Source of the DNA: Thiohalomonadaceae bacterium
GTDB lineage: Bacteria > Pseudomonadota > Gammaproteobacteria > Thiohalomonadales > Thiohalomonadaceae
NCBI GenBank assembly: GCA_050288165.1
Contig: JBNKDG010000003.1
Location: 109,538-133,537, forward strand
DNA: 24,000 bases
Direction: 5' to 3'
Shown here: positions 16,594 through 24,000 of the stretch, one piece after another
Layout of the letters: the number at the start of each line of letters is the position of its first letter
Numbering within the stretch: the first letter of the stretch is position 1
Position numbers and translations under genes: made by a program
The notes under the pieces: generated by a model
Databases searched by the model: none
What the model was told of the DNA's origin: nothing
Seen by the model: the letters and a program-made list of their open reading frames with translations, nothing else

Positions 16594-18291
16594 ATGAAAA
16601 CCCCATCCCATTTCGATCACGAAGTTGATGTCCTGGTAATCGGCTCAGGCGCTGGCGCCATGACCGCTGCCCTGGTTGCCAGCCTGGAAGGTTGCCAACA
16701 GGTACTGATGGTGGAAAAGGGCAACCGCTATGGAGGCACTTCGGCGATGTCCGGCGGTGCACTCTGGATCCCCAACAGCCATCAGGCCAAGGAACTCAAG
16801 GTCAGCGACTCCCCCGATGAAGCACTCGAACATCTTCGCACCCTGGTTGGCAGCGAGGTGGAAGAAGCCCGTCTGCAGGCCTACGTGGATAAGGCTCCAG
16901 AGATGCTCTACTACATGATGGAGCACACCCACCTCGACTACGAGTTAATGGCCGACTCCGACTACTACCCTGAGGCACCGGGCGGCAAGCGCGATCACCG
17001 CGTGTTGCAACCCACAATCATGCAAGCGCGCCACCTGAAAAATCATTTCCCTGAACTGCACGAACAACCGCCTCAGGTGATGGTTATGGGGCTGCTGCCC
17101 ATGACCCTGACCGAGGCGCACACCATGATGAAACGCACCAGCGGCTGGATCTTTGTCGGTATGCGCATCGTGTTGCGTTACCTGCTCGACATCCCGGGAC
17201 GACTGAAAGGTTTCCGCTCGCGCACCCTGACCATGGGCAATGCCTTGGTCGGTCAGCTACGCCGCTCGATGCTCGATCGCAACATCGAACTCTGGTTGCG
17301 CTCACCGATGACCGAACTCATTGAAGAAAATGGCAATGTTGTCGGAGCGGTAATCGAAAAAGATGGCAAGCCATTGCACATCCGTGCACGCAAAGGCGTG
17401 GTGATCGGCGCTGGCGGCTTCGAACACAACGGGCGGATGCGTGACAAGTGGCTACCCAAACCCACCACCACCAACTGGAGTGCCTCGCAAACCAATAACA
17501 CCGGTGACGGCATCCAGGCGGCGACAGCAATAGGAGCAAAAACCGATCTGATGGAACACGCATGGTGGGCACCGGTGATTCGTGTACCGGGCAAGGATCG
17601 TCCCTATGCGATATTCACCGAACGCAACCTGCCGGGTATGGTCATCGTCAACAAGGAGGGCAAACGTTTCGAGAATGAAGCCGATTCCTATCACGAAGGG
17701 GTGGTTGGCATGTACCGGGCCGATTCACCACATAGCCCTTCTATTCCGGCCTACGCTATTTTCGATGCCTGCTTCCGCTTCAAGTATCCGTTCGGCCCGG
17801 TAATGCCGGGCTATATGGTGCCGGACCTGTTTCTGTTCGGTGGCGTGGACGATGTATTGATCAAGGCACGCAGTCTGGAACGACTGGCGATTAAACTCGG
17901 CATCGATGCGGACAATCTGAAACAGACCATCGAAAAAAATAACGAGTATGCGAAGAGCGGCGTCGATCCGGAATTCCATCGTGGCGACAGCTATTATGAC
18001 CGTTTTAACAGCGACCATCGCGCCAAACCCAATCCCTGCATTGGCAAGATCAAACGCGCACCGTTCTATGCATTAGCACTCTATCCAGGCGATCTGGGTA
18101 CCAAAGGCGGCATTCTCACCGATGAACATGCCCGTGCTATCAATGAAAACGGCGCAGTGATCCCCGGCCTCTATGTTATCGGTAATTCAGCAGCTTCGGT
18201 GATGGGGAGCAAAGATCCAGGCTCAGGGGCAACACTAGGACCGGCGATGACCTTTGGCTATTTGGCCGCAAAACACCTTGCGCGCAGATAG
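16594..18291 (+). CDS. FAD-dependent oxidoreductase, 3-oxosteroid 1-dehydrogenase (KstD)/fumarate-reductase flavoprotein family
   Basis: AAGGAGG lies upstream of the ATG. The N-terminal dinucleotide fold is DVLVIGSGAGAMTAALVASLEG..VLMVEKGNRYGGTSAMSGGALWIPN, and the C-terminal FAD motif is PGLYVIGNSAASVMG..YPG.GATLGPAMTFGYLAA. The length of 565 aa is typical of KstD-like proteins. The substrate cannot be inferred. Confidence 0.85.
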   Translation: MKTPSHFDHEVDVLVIGSGAGAMTAALVASLEGCQQVLMVEKGNRYGGTSAMSGGALWIPNSHQAKELKVSDSPDEALEHLRTLVGSEVEEARLQAYVDKAPEMLYYMMEHTHLDYELMADSDYYPEAPGGKRDHRVLQPTIMQARHLKNHFPELHEQPPQVMVMGLLPMTLTEAHTMMKRTSGWIFVGMRIVLRYLLDIPGRLKGFRSRTLTMGNALVGQLRRSMLDRNIELWLRSPMTELIEENGNVVGAVIEKDGKPLHIRARKGVVIGAGGFEHNGRMRDKWLPKPTTTNWSASQTNNTGDGIQAATAIGAKTDLMEHAWWAPVIRVPGKDRPYAIFTERNLPGMVIVNKEGKRFENEADSYHEGVVGMYRADSPHSPSIPAYAIFDACFRFKYPFGPVMPGYMVPDLFLFGGVDDVLIKARSLERLAIKLGIDADNLKQTIEKNNEYAKSGVDPEFHRGDSYYDRFNSDHRAKPNPCIGKIKRAPFYALALYPGDLGTKGGILTDEHARAINENGAVIPGLYVIGNSAASVMGSKDPGSGATLGPAMTFGYLAAKHLARR

Positions 18292-18398
18292 CCAACCTTG
18301 CTGACACTGCTATAGGACTGATTTTCAGTGGTACAGACTTGCAACAGCATGACACACGGTGGCATATTTTCGGCAAACAGCCCCCAGGGATCTTAAAC

Positions 18399-19049
18399 AT
18401 GCTGGAATATCTCAAACAAATCTCCCCATACAACGAGCTTGATGAGGAAGATTTGACGGATCTTGTACGTATCGCCACCAAGCGACACTACAAAAAAAAT
18501 ACCATGGTCATTATTCAGGGAGATGACACCGACTCGTTGTATATCTTGCTTGATGGAAAGATGAAGGTGTTCATCGAGGATGATACCGGTAAGGAACTCA
18601 CTGTCCGTCTGTTAAATTCCGGGGATTCATTCGGTGAGCTGGCTCTAATTGGTGAATTTCCACGCTCAGCCAATGTACAGGCTCTAAGCAACAGTACCGT
18701 ATTCACGATATCCAAGAACGATTACATGCAATTTCTTGGCAGCCATCCGAAAATGGCCATGAGCATGATCCGTTCATTGGCGAACATGGTCAGAGAAACC
18801 ACAGAAGAGCTACGCCACATCGCCCTATCTGATGTATACGGCCGTATCGCCTATACACTGGAAAAGCATGCCGTGGATCGTAACGGTGAAAGATGCATTC
18901 CGAAATTCACCCACCGCGAAATAGCCAATATGATCGGCGCGTCTCGTGAAATGGTCAGCAAAGTGATGAAAGAACTGGAGAAAGGCGAGTACGTAACGGT
19001 AGAAGAGAAACAGTACGTTATGCGCAGAGAGCTTCCCGCTCGTTGGTAG
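18399..19049 (+). CDS. Crp/Fnr family transcriptional regulator (cNMP-binding domain plus HTH)
   Basis: The cNMP-binding signature is GDSFGELALIGEFPRSANVQAL and the C-terminal HTH is THREIANMIGASREMVSKVMKELEKGEYV. ATG 18399 is preceded by AGGGA about 10 nt upstream and gives the typical 216 aa. There is no N-terminal Fnr-type Cys cluster. Confidence 0.88.
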   Translation: MLEYLKQISPYNELDEEDLTDLVRIATKRHYKKNTMVIIQGDDTDSLYILLDGKMKVFIEDDTGKELTVRLLNSGDSFGELALIGEFPRSANVQALSNSTVFTISKNDYMQFLGSHPKMAMSMIRSLANMVRETTEELRHIALSDVYGRIAYTLEKHAVDRNGERCIPKFTHREIANMIGASREMVSKVMKELEKGEYVTVEEKQYVMRRELPARW

Positions 19050-19066
19050 CAATATATCCGTTTCAC

Positions 19067-19087
19067 CGGCACATCCATGCTGTGCCG
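19067..19087. terminator. Weak hairpin between the convergent crp-like and 439-aa genes
   Basis: CGGCACA (19067-19073), loop tccatgc, TGTGCCG (19081-19087). It has no U-tract and is low confidence. Confidence 0.25.
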
Positions 19088-19106
19088 AATTCACGCTTGC
19101 GATATA

Positions 19107-20426
19107 TCAGCTATGCAACTGGTGCAATTGCTTGGCGATGATATCGTGGCTCAGCCAGAGTACCGGACCGTGCGGCGCAGAGGCCTCATGGAACATCAGC
19201 GGACCACTGCTCTCCAGCACCAGGGCACTGAGGTGATCGGTGATCAGTGCTTTGCGGTCCTTGTGCATTTTGGTGATATCTTCGGAAGTACCGACCATCA
19301 CCTCGGCCAATTCCGCGGTGTTGTCCATCGGCCAGGCATCGAAGTTACGGAACTTGGTGATGGTAGAATCAGCATTATAGTTTTCAATCTTTTCGATCAG
19401 TGCTTCCAGTTTAACGCCGTCTTCCAGCAGCGCCTGACACTCATCCCAAACCTTGTGTGACCAGGCACTGTCACCGCTCTCTTTCTTCAGTGCAGTCAAC
19501 AACGGGAACAGGGAAAGTTCGACACCAACGAAGATGTCACTGGAGTTGGTGCGTATCTCCGGGCAGTTGAACACAGTAGCTTTAACGCCCTCTTTCCACG
19601 CGGCTTCGGCGTGATCTTCCAGCAGTTTCTTGGCATTACCCTGGGTGTAATTGGTATAGGTTTGCCACTGGTAATCGCCTTTGATCAGGATCTCGGTACC
19701 GTGATAGCCGTAAGCGGTGTAACGCACCTGGCCGCCGTTCTGCTCCTGACGCTGGCGCAGTTTGGCACTGGCGTCGATCAGGTATTTGAAGGTGTTGGCG
19801 GTGACTTCATTGAAGTTCATCAGAATGAACTTGCCCAGGTCGCTGTCGAGCAACGCACGGGATGAGAGGAAACGATCACCGCGGCCCTTGTAGACACGGT
19901 TGGCAATAGCGAGAAAGACCTTGGTCTTGGGGATACCGCCCGCCATGGTGTGGGCAAAGAAGACGTTGGCCTTTTCCGGGATCAGTTTTTCCAGTTCGGC
20001 CATCACCTGGGCCAGGGAATCGTGGAAGCGTTTGACGCCGACTTCACGGCACTTTTCGATATGCGCCCAGTCGAGCTTGTCCTCCTGCCAGGTTTTGAGC
20101 GTCATCTCGGCGATCAGGTCGGTCGGTGTCGGGGTACCGTCAGGAGAATCGAGATCGACACCTGCCATCAACGGGATATTGATGATCTTGCCGCCGAGGT
20201 TGGCTTCAGCTTCGGCGTGTTCTTCGGCGGTCAGTGGGCGCAGCTTGCCGTCTTCGTTACGGCGACCAACGGTAATCCCGAGAATCGTCATACCGGCGTC
20301 GCGTGCTTCATCGATCAGACCGTTCACATAACCACGACCGAACAATTCACCGAACAGGACGAAAACATCGCCTTTGCCGAAGATATTTTCCTGCGGCATT
20401 TCACGTAATGGCACCAGTGCAGACAT
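19107..20426 (-). CDS. Conserved-looking cytoplasmic protein of unrecognised family (439 aa)
   Basis: A clean 439-aa ORF with AAGAG upstream of the ATG, no signal peptide and no TM segment. Composition is balanced and globular (e.g. GDVFVLFGELFGRGYVNGLIDEARDAGMTILGITVGRR, FFAHTMAGGIPKTKVF, YTAYGYHGTEILIKG). It has its own near-consensus promoter. I cannot assign a family from memory. Confidence 0.8.
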   Translation of the reverse strand: MSALVPLREMPQENIFGKGDVFVLFGELFGRGYVNGLIDEARDAGMTILGITVGRRNEDGKLRPLTAEEHAEAEANLGGKIINIPLMAGVDLDSPDGTPTPTDLIAEMTLKTWQEDKLDWAHIEKCREVGVKRFHDSLAQVMAELEKLIPEKANVFFAHTMAGGIPKTKVFLAIANRVYKGRGDRFLSSRALLDSDLGKFILMNFNEVTANTFKYLIDASAKLRQRQEQNGGQVRYTAYGYHGTEILIKGDYQWQTYTNYTQGNAKKLLEDHAEAAWKEGVKATVFNCPEIRTNSSDIFVGVELSLFPLLTALKKESGDSAWSHKVWDECQALLEDGVKLEALIEKIENYNADSTITKFRNFDAWPMDNTAELAEVMVGTSEDITKMHKDRKALITDHLSALVLESSGPLMFHEASAPHGPVLWLSHDIIAKQLHQLHS

Positions 20427-20523
20427 AGTTCACTCTTATGTTTGTTGTTGGCGGGGCGACCCGCGTCGCCTCGTAGATGACTCGAAAAACCGCAGCGCCC
20501 CCAATGCGCCGTAATGGGGCACA

Positions 20524-20552
20524 ACTATAAAGCAATTTCCCCAACCTATCAA
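20524..20552 (-). promoter_or_regulatory. Near-consensus sigma70 promoter for the 439-aa gene
   Basis: On the minus strand: TTGATA (plus 20547-20552), a 17-nt spacer, then TATAGT (plus 20524-20529). This predicts a leader of about 90 nt that contains the GC hairpin GGCGAC-gcgg-GTCGCC. Confidence 0.45.
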
Positions 20553-20564
20553 AGGGCTAAAAAC

Positions 20565-20587
20565 CCTATAAAAGTCTGTTTTATAGG
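20565..20587. promoter_or_regulatory. Perfect 9-bp inverted repeat just upstream of the -35 element
   Basis: CCTATAAAA (20565-20573), gtctg, TTTTATAGG (20579-20587), centred about 27 bp upstream of the -35 hexamer. It is either a dimeric regulator site or, because GTTTTT follows it on the minus strand, a back-up terminator hairpin for the RND operon. Confidence 0.35.
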
Positions 20588-20642
20588 CAAAAACGGGACA
20601 CCGTTCACGGCTTGAAGCGCTACCTCCCATACCGAGGCAAAT

Positions 20643-20671
20643 AAAAAAGGGCGGTATTAACCGCCCTTTTT
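20643..20671 (-). terminator. Rho-independent (bidirectional-type) terminator of the RND operon
   Basis: AAAAAAGGGCGGT-atta-ACCGCCCTTTTT. The 7-bp GC stem is flanked by an A-run and a T-run, 23 nt downstream of the RND stop at 20694. Confidence 0.85.
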
Positions 20672-20693
20672 GTTACCACACTGTTTCACACAC

Positions 20694-23600
20694 TCAACAT
20701 GCTTTGCGAATGCAGTCGAGACGCTTGTACATGTAGGCGTAATACATCACCGGGATCACCACCAGGGTCAACACGGTAGAGACCAGGATGCCCGAGATCA
20801 ACGACACCGCCAGACCGCTGAAGATCGGGTCGTCGAGGATGAAGAATGCACCCAACATGGCCGCTACCCCGGTCAACATAATCGGTTTGGCACGCACCGC
20901 ACCAGAGTTGATCACCGCCTTCTCGAAATCGACCCCTTCACGCACCTGCTGGTTAATGAAATCAACCAACAGAATTGAGTTACGCACGATGATACCGGCC
21001 AGGGCGATCATGCCGATCATCGAGGTGGCGGTGAACTGCTTACCCATGAGCCAGTGACCCGGCATGACACCGATAATGGTCAGCGGGATCGGCGCCATGA
21101 TGATCAGCGGCACCACGTAGGAGCGGAACTGGGCTACCACCAGCAGGTAGATCAGGATCAAACCCACCGAATAGGCGATACCCATGTCGCGGAAGGTCTC
21201 ATAGGTGATCTGCCACTCGCCATCCCATTTCAGGCTGTAATCGTAGGGGTTTTGCGGCGGACTGATGAAGTTCTGCCCCAGCAGGCGACCGTCCTGCAGC
21301 ACCTTGTCGGAGAGGGTGCCGACCATCTCGAACATGCCGTAGAGCGGGCTGTCCAGCTCACCGGCCATGTCACCGGTAACAAACACCACCCGTTGCAGGT
21401 CTTTGTGGTAGATGGCGTTTTCACGCACCGTCCGCTCCACGCTGGCGATCTCGGAGAGCGGTATCAGTGCACCACCCATGCTGCGTACCCGCAGGGCCAA
21501 CACCGACTCGATACTGGCCTTGTCCTTCACCGCATACTCCAGACGGATCGGCAGCGGATACTTCATGGTCGCTTCGTGCAGGTAGGAGACATCCTCACCG
21601 GAGAGCACGGTATGGATCGCAGCCACGATGTTCGATTGCGGCACACCAAGCAACGCGGCTTTTTGCTGGTCCACACGCAGGATCAGCTTCAGCGCGGGAG
21701 CCTCGACGCTGTCATCCACGTCGACGATATCCGGGGTACTCTCCAGGACACCACGCACCTCCTTGGCCACACCAATTTGACCGGCGTAGTCGAGACCGTA
21801 GATCTCGGCCACCAGCGGTGACTGCACCGGCGGACCTGGCGGTACCTCGACCACCTTGACGTTGGCATGTAGCCTGCGGCCGATCTCCTGCAACGGCTCA
21901 CGTACCGCCAGGGCGATCTCATGGCTCTTGCGGTCACGGGCATGCTTGTCCAGCAGGTTGACCTGGATGTCGCCGACATTGGCACCGCTACGCAGGTAGT
22001 ACTGGCGCACCAGACCGTTGAAGTTGATCGGCGCGGCGGTTCCAGCATAGACCTGATAGTCGGTCACTTCCGGTACGGTGGAAAGATAACCACCCAACTC
22101 ACCCAGCACCCGCGCGGTCTGCTCCACGCTGGTCCCTTCCGGCATGTCGACCACCACCTGGAACTCCGACTTGTTGTCGAACGGCAGCATCTTCAGCACC
22201 ACCAGCTTGATCCCGGCCAGACCGACCGAGGCCATGATCAGGAACAGAATGGTCAGGCCCAGCTTCTTGCGCCTGGCGCCGCCCTCTTCACCACGCAGGT
22301 ACGGCCCAACATATTTCTTGAAGAAGCCGTACAGCTTGCTTTCGACCTCCGCCTCGTGATGGTCGGAGACATGCTGCGCATCAAGCACCACGTTGGACAT
22401 CCATGGGGTGACGATAAAGGCGACGCCGAGGGAGATCAGCATGCCGATACTGGCGTTGATCGGGATCGGGCTCATATACGGCCCCATCAGGCCGGTAACG
22501 AAGGCCATCGGCAGCAGCGCGGCGATAACGGTGAAGGTGGCGAGGATGGTCGGGCCGCCGACCTCGTCGACCGCCAGCGGGATCGCCTCGACCAGCTTCT
22601 TGCCGCCCATCTGCATGTGACGGTGGATGTTCTCTACCACCACAATGGCATCGTCGACCAAAATACCGATGGAAAAGATCAGGGCGAACAGGGAGACCCG
22701 GTTGAGGGTGAAGCCCCAGGCCCAGGAAGCGAACAGGGTCACCGCCAGGGTGATCACCACCGCCATACCGACGATGAAGGCCTCACGCTTGCCGAGGAAG
22801 ACCAGCACCAGGGCAACCACCGAGAGGGTGGCGAAGATCAGCTTGGAGATCAGTTTCTTCGCCTTGTCGTCGGCGGTGGCGCCATAGTTACGGGTAACGG
22901 TCGCCTCGACCCCATCGGGGACGAAGGTGCCTTTGAGCGACTCGAAGCGCTCGACCACCTGATTGGCGATATCGACCGCGTTGGTGCCCGGCTGCTTGGC
23001 GATGGCCACGGTCACCGCCGGGAATTCGCCCTGGGCATCAATGCCCTTGTGCGCCGCGCCGGGGCCGGTGCCGAACCAAACGTACTGCTCCGGCTGATCG
23101 GCACCCCGGGTGACATCCGCCACATCGGAGAGATAGACCGGCTTGCCGTTGTGAACGCCCACTATCAACGCCGCGACCTCGCTAACCTCGGAGAGGAAGT
23201 CGCCCGCCTGCACCAGGATCTCTTCGTTATTGCCCACCAGCGCGCCTGAGGGACGGGTAGCATTGGAGAGTTGCAGCGCGTTGCGCAGGTCATCAAGGGA
23301 TATCTGGTAGCCCGCCAGGCGTGCTGGGTCGAGCTGTACGTGGACCACCTGATCCGGGCCACCGATGGTATAGATATCGCGGGTACCTTTAACCCGCTTC
23401 AGCTCCGCCTCGATAGCGTGGGCCACCTGTTGCAACTGGTGGGCACCGGTTTTCTCATCCTGGCTCCAGAGGGTCAGGGTGACGATGGGCACATCGTCGA
23501 TCCCCTTGGGTTTGATGATCGGCTGGGTCACACCGAGGTTCTGCGGCAGCCAGTCCCCCTTGGAGAACATCGCGTTGTAGAGACGCACGATGGCCGCGGT

Positions 23601-23924
23601 ACGATCCTCACCCACCTCGTATTGCACAGTAAGTACTGACATACCAGGACGGGAGACCGAATAGACATGTTTCACCCCTTCGATCTCGGAGAGGATCTGC
23701 TCCGCCGGAGTACTTAACAGGTGCTCCACCTCGGTGGCGGAGGCACCGGGAAAGGCGATAAAGATATTGGCGAAGGTGACGTTGATCTGCGGCTCTTCCT
23801 CACGCGGCGTAATCATGACCGCGAAGGCGCCCAGCAGAAAGCCCACCAACGCCAGAAGCGGCGTGATCTCGGTGGTCAGGAAGCGCTGGGCAATACTGCC
23901 GGATATCCCCAGTTTTGGCTTCAT
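20694..23924 (-). CDS. RND efflux transporter permease subunit (AcrB/AcrD/AcrF family, 1076 aa)
   Basis: The length and architecture are typical: an N-terminal TM helix followed by a large periplasmic loop (ITPREEEPQINVTFANIFIAFPGASATEVE), then TM clusters with RND motifs (FALIFSIGILVDDAIVVVENIHRH and IGMIALAGIIVRNSILLVDFINQ). The ATG overlaps the stop of the upstream adaptor gene (ATGA). Confidence 0.95.
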   Translation of the reverse strand: MKPKLGISGSIAQRFLTTEITPLLALVGFLLGAFAVMITPREEEPQINVTFANIFIAFPGASATEVEHLLSTPAEQILSEIEGVKHVYSVSRPGMSVLTVQYEVGEDRTAAIVRLYNAMFSKGDWLPQNLGVTQPIIKPKGIDDVPIVTLTLWSQDEKTGAHQLQQVAHAIEAELKRVKGTRDIYTIGGPDQVVHVQLDPARLAGYQISLDDLRNALQLSNATRPSGALVGNNEEILVQAGDFLSEVSEVAALIVGVHNGKPVYLSDVADVTRGADQPEQYVWFGTGPGAAHKGIDAQGEFPAVTVAIAKQPGTNAVDIANQVVERFESLKGTFVPDGVEATVTRNYGATADDKAKKLISKLIFATLSVVALVLVFLGKREAFIVGMAVVITLAVTLFASWAWGFTLNRVSLFALIFSIGILVDDAIVVVENIHRHMQMGGKKLVEAIPLAVDEVGGPTILATFTVIAALLPMAFVTGLMGPYMSPIPINASIGMLISLGVAFIVTPWMSNVVLDAQHVSDHHEAEVESKLYGFFKKYVGPYLRGEEGGARRKKLGLTILFLIMASVGLAGIKLVVLKMLPFDNKSEFQVVVDMPEGTSVEQTARVLGELGGYLSTVPEVTDYQVYAGTAAPINFNGLVRQYYLRSGANVGDIQVNLLDKHARDRKSHEIALAVREPLQEIGRRLHANVKVVEVPPGPPVQSPLVAEIYGLDYAGQIGVAKEVRGVLESTPDIVDVDDSVEAPALKLILRVDQQKAALLGVPQSNIVAAIHTVLSGEDVSYLHEATMKYPLPIRLEYAVKDKASIESVLALRVRSMGGALIPLSEIASVERTVRENAIYHKDLQRVVFVTGDMAGELDSPLYGMFEMVGTLSDKVLQDGRLLGQNFISPPQNPYDYSLKWDGEWQITYETFRDMGIAYSVGLILIYLLVVAQFRSYVVPLIIMAPIPLTIIGVMPGHWLMGKQFTATSMIGMIALAGIIVRNSILLVDFINQQVREGVDFEKAVINSGAVRAKPIMLTGVAAMLGAFFILDDPIFSGLAVSLISGILVSTVLTLVVIPVMYYAYMYKRLDCIRKAC

Positions 23925-24000
23925 GATTCACCGCCTGCTGCGCGCAGTTCCTTGAGCATGACGCCGGCACGGATCGGATTCAGCGCCACCGCTTCGCCGG
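23921..24000 (-). CDS. Probable RND periplasmic adaptor (MFP) subunit, extreme C-terminus only
   Basis: The minus-strand frame reads ...GEAVALNPIRAGVMLKELRAAGGES* with its TGA overlapping the RND ATG (ATGA coupling). The identity is inferred from operon context only, because just 26 codons are visible. Confidence 0.45.
   Translation of the reverse strand, partial: GEAVALNPIRAGVMLKELRAAGGES

Noticed and set aside
16329-16628. 99-aa ORF upstream of and overlapping the flavoprotein gene start
   Set aside because: It has no SD and its sequence is Arg/His/Thr/Pro-rich. It overlaps the well-supported AAGGAGG-ATG start at 16594 and is likely spurious.
21054-23249. 255-aa and 442-aa ORFs (21054-21821 and 21921-23249) antisense to the RND pump gene
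   Set aside because: These are shadow ORFs of a confidently called 1076-aa RND gene. Their composition is biased towards His/Arg/Asp/Gly and is not protein-like.
1-24000. Search for tRNA/rRNA genes, CRISPR arrays, IS elements, integrases, toxin-antitoxin pairs or defence-system hallmarks
   Set aside because: I found no T-loop GGTTCGAATCC-type motifs in the intergenic regions, no regularly spaced short direct repeats, no transposase- or recombinase-like ORFs, and no terminal inverted repeats. By-eye scanning can miss degenerate elements.

Overview
This window looks like a proteobacterial, probably gammaproteobacterial, chromosome segment. PpsA, PpsR and CreB/C/D align readily with the E. coli proteins as I remember them. 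GC is about 55-60% in most genes. Order of content: the 3' end of an rnf cluster (rnfE', rnfA, and a translationally coupled 67-aa Cys-rich membrane peptide); ppsA and ppsR in tandem; a lower-GC islet with an exported hypothetical protein and a 370-bp AT-rich spacer; a stand-alone Fe-S/CCG protein; a DUF1304 membrane protein; creB-creC-creD; a block of two large orphan lipoproteins flanking an opposite-strand GNAT; a KstD-like flavoprotein; a Crp/Fnr regulator; an unrecognised 439-aa cytoplasmic protein with a near-consensus promoter; and an RND efflux pump with the tail of its adaptor gene. I found no tRNA, rRNA, CRISPR array, IS element or integrase. The best candidates for undescribed biology are three. 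First, the lipoprotein block at 11351-16056, which holds a roughly 8-blade propeller-like protein made of an unnamed ~50-aa repeat plus an 832-aa orphan lipoprotein. Second, the Cys-rich peptide that sits where rnfB would be expected. Third, the 439-aa unknown protein. All family calls rest on by-eye motif recognition and recalled homolog sequences, and no searches were run.
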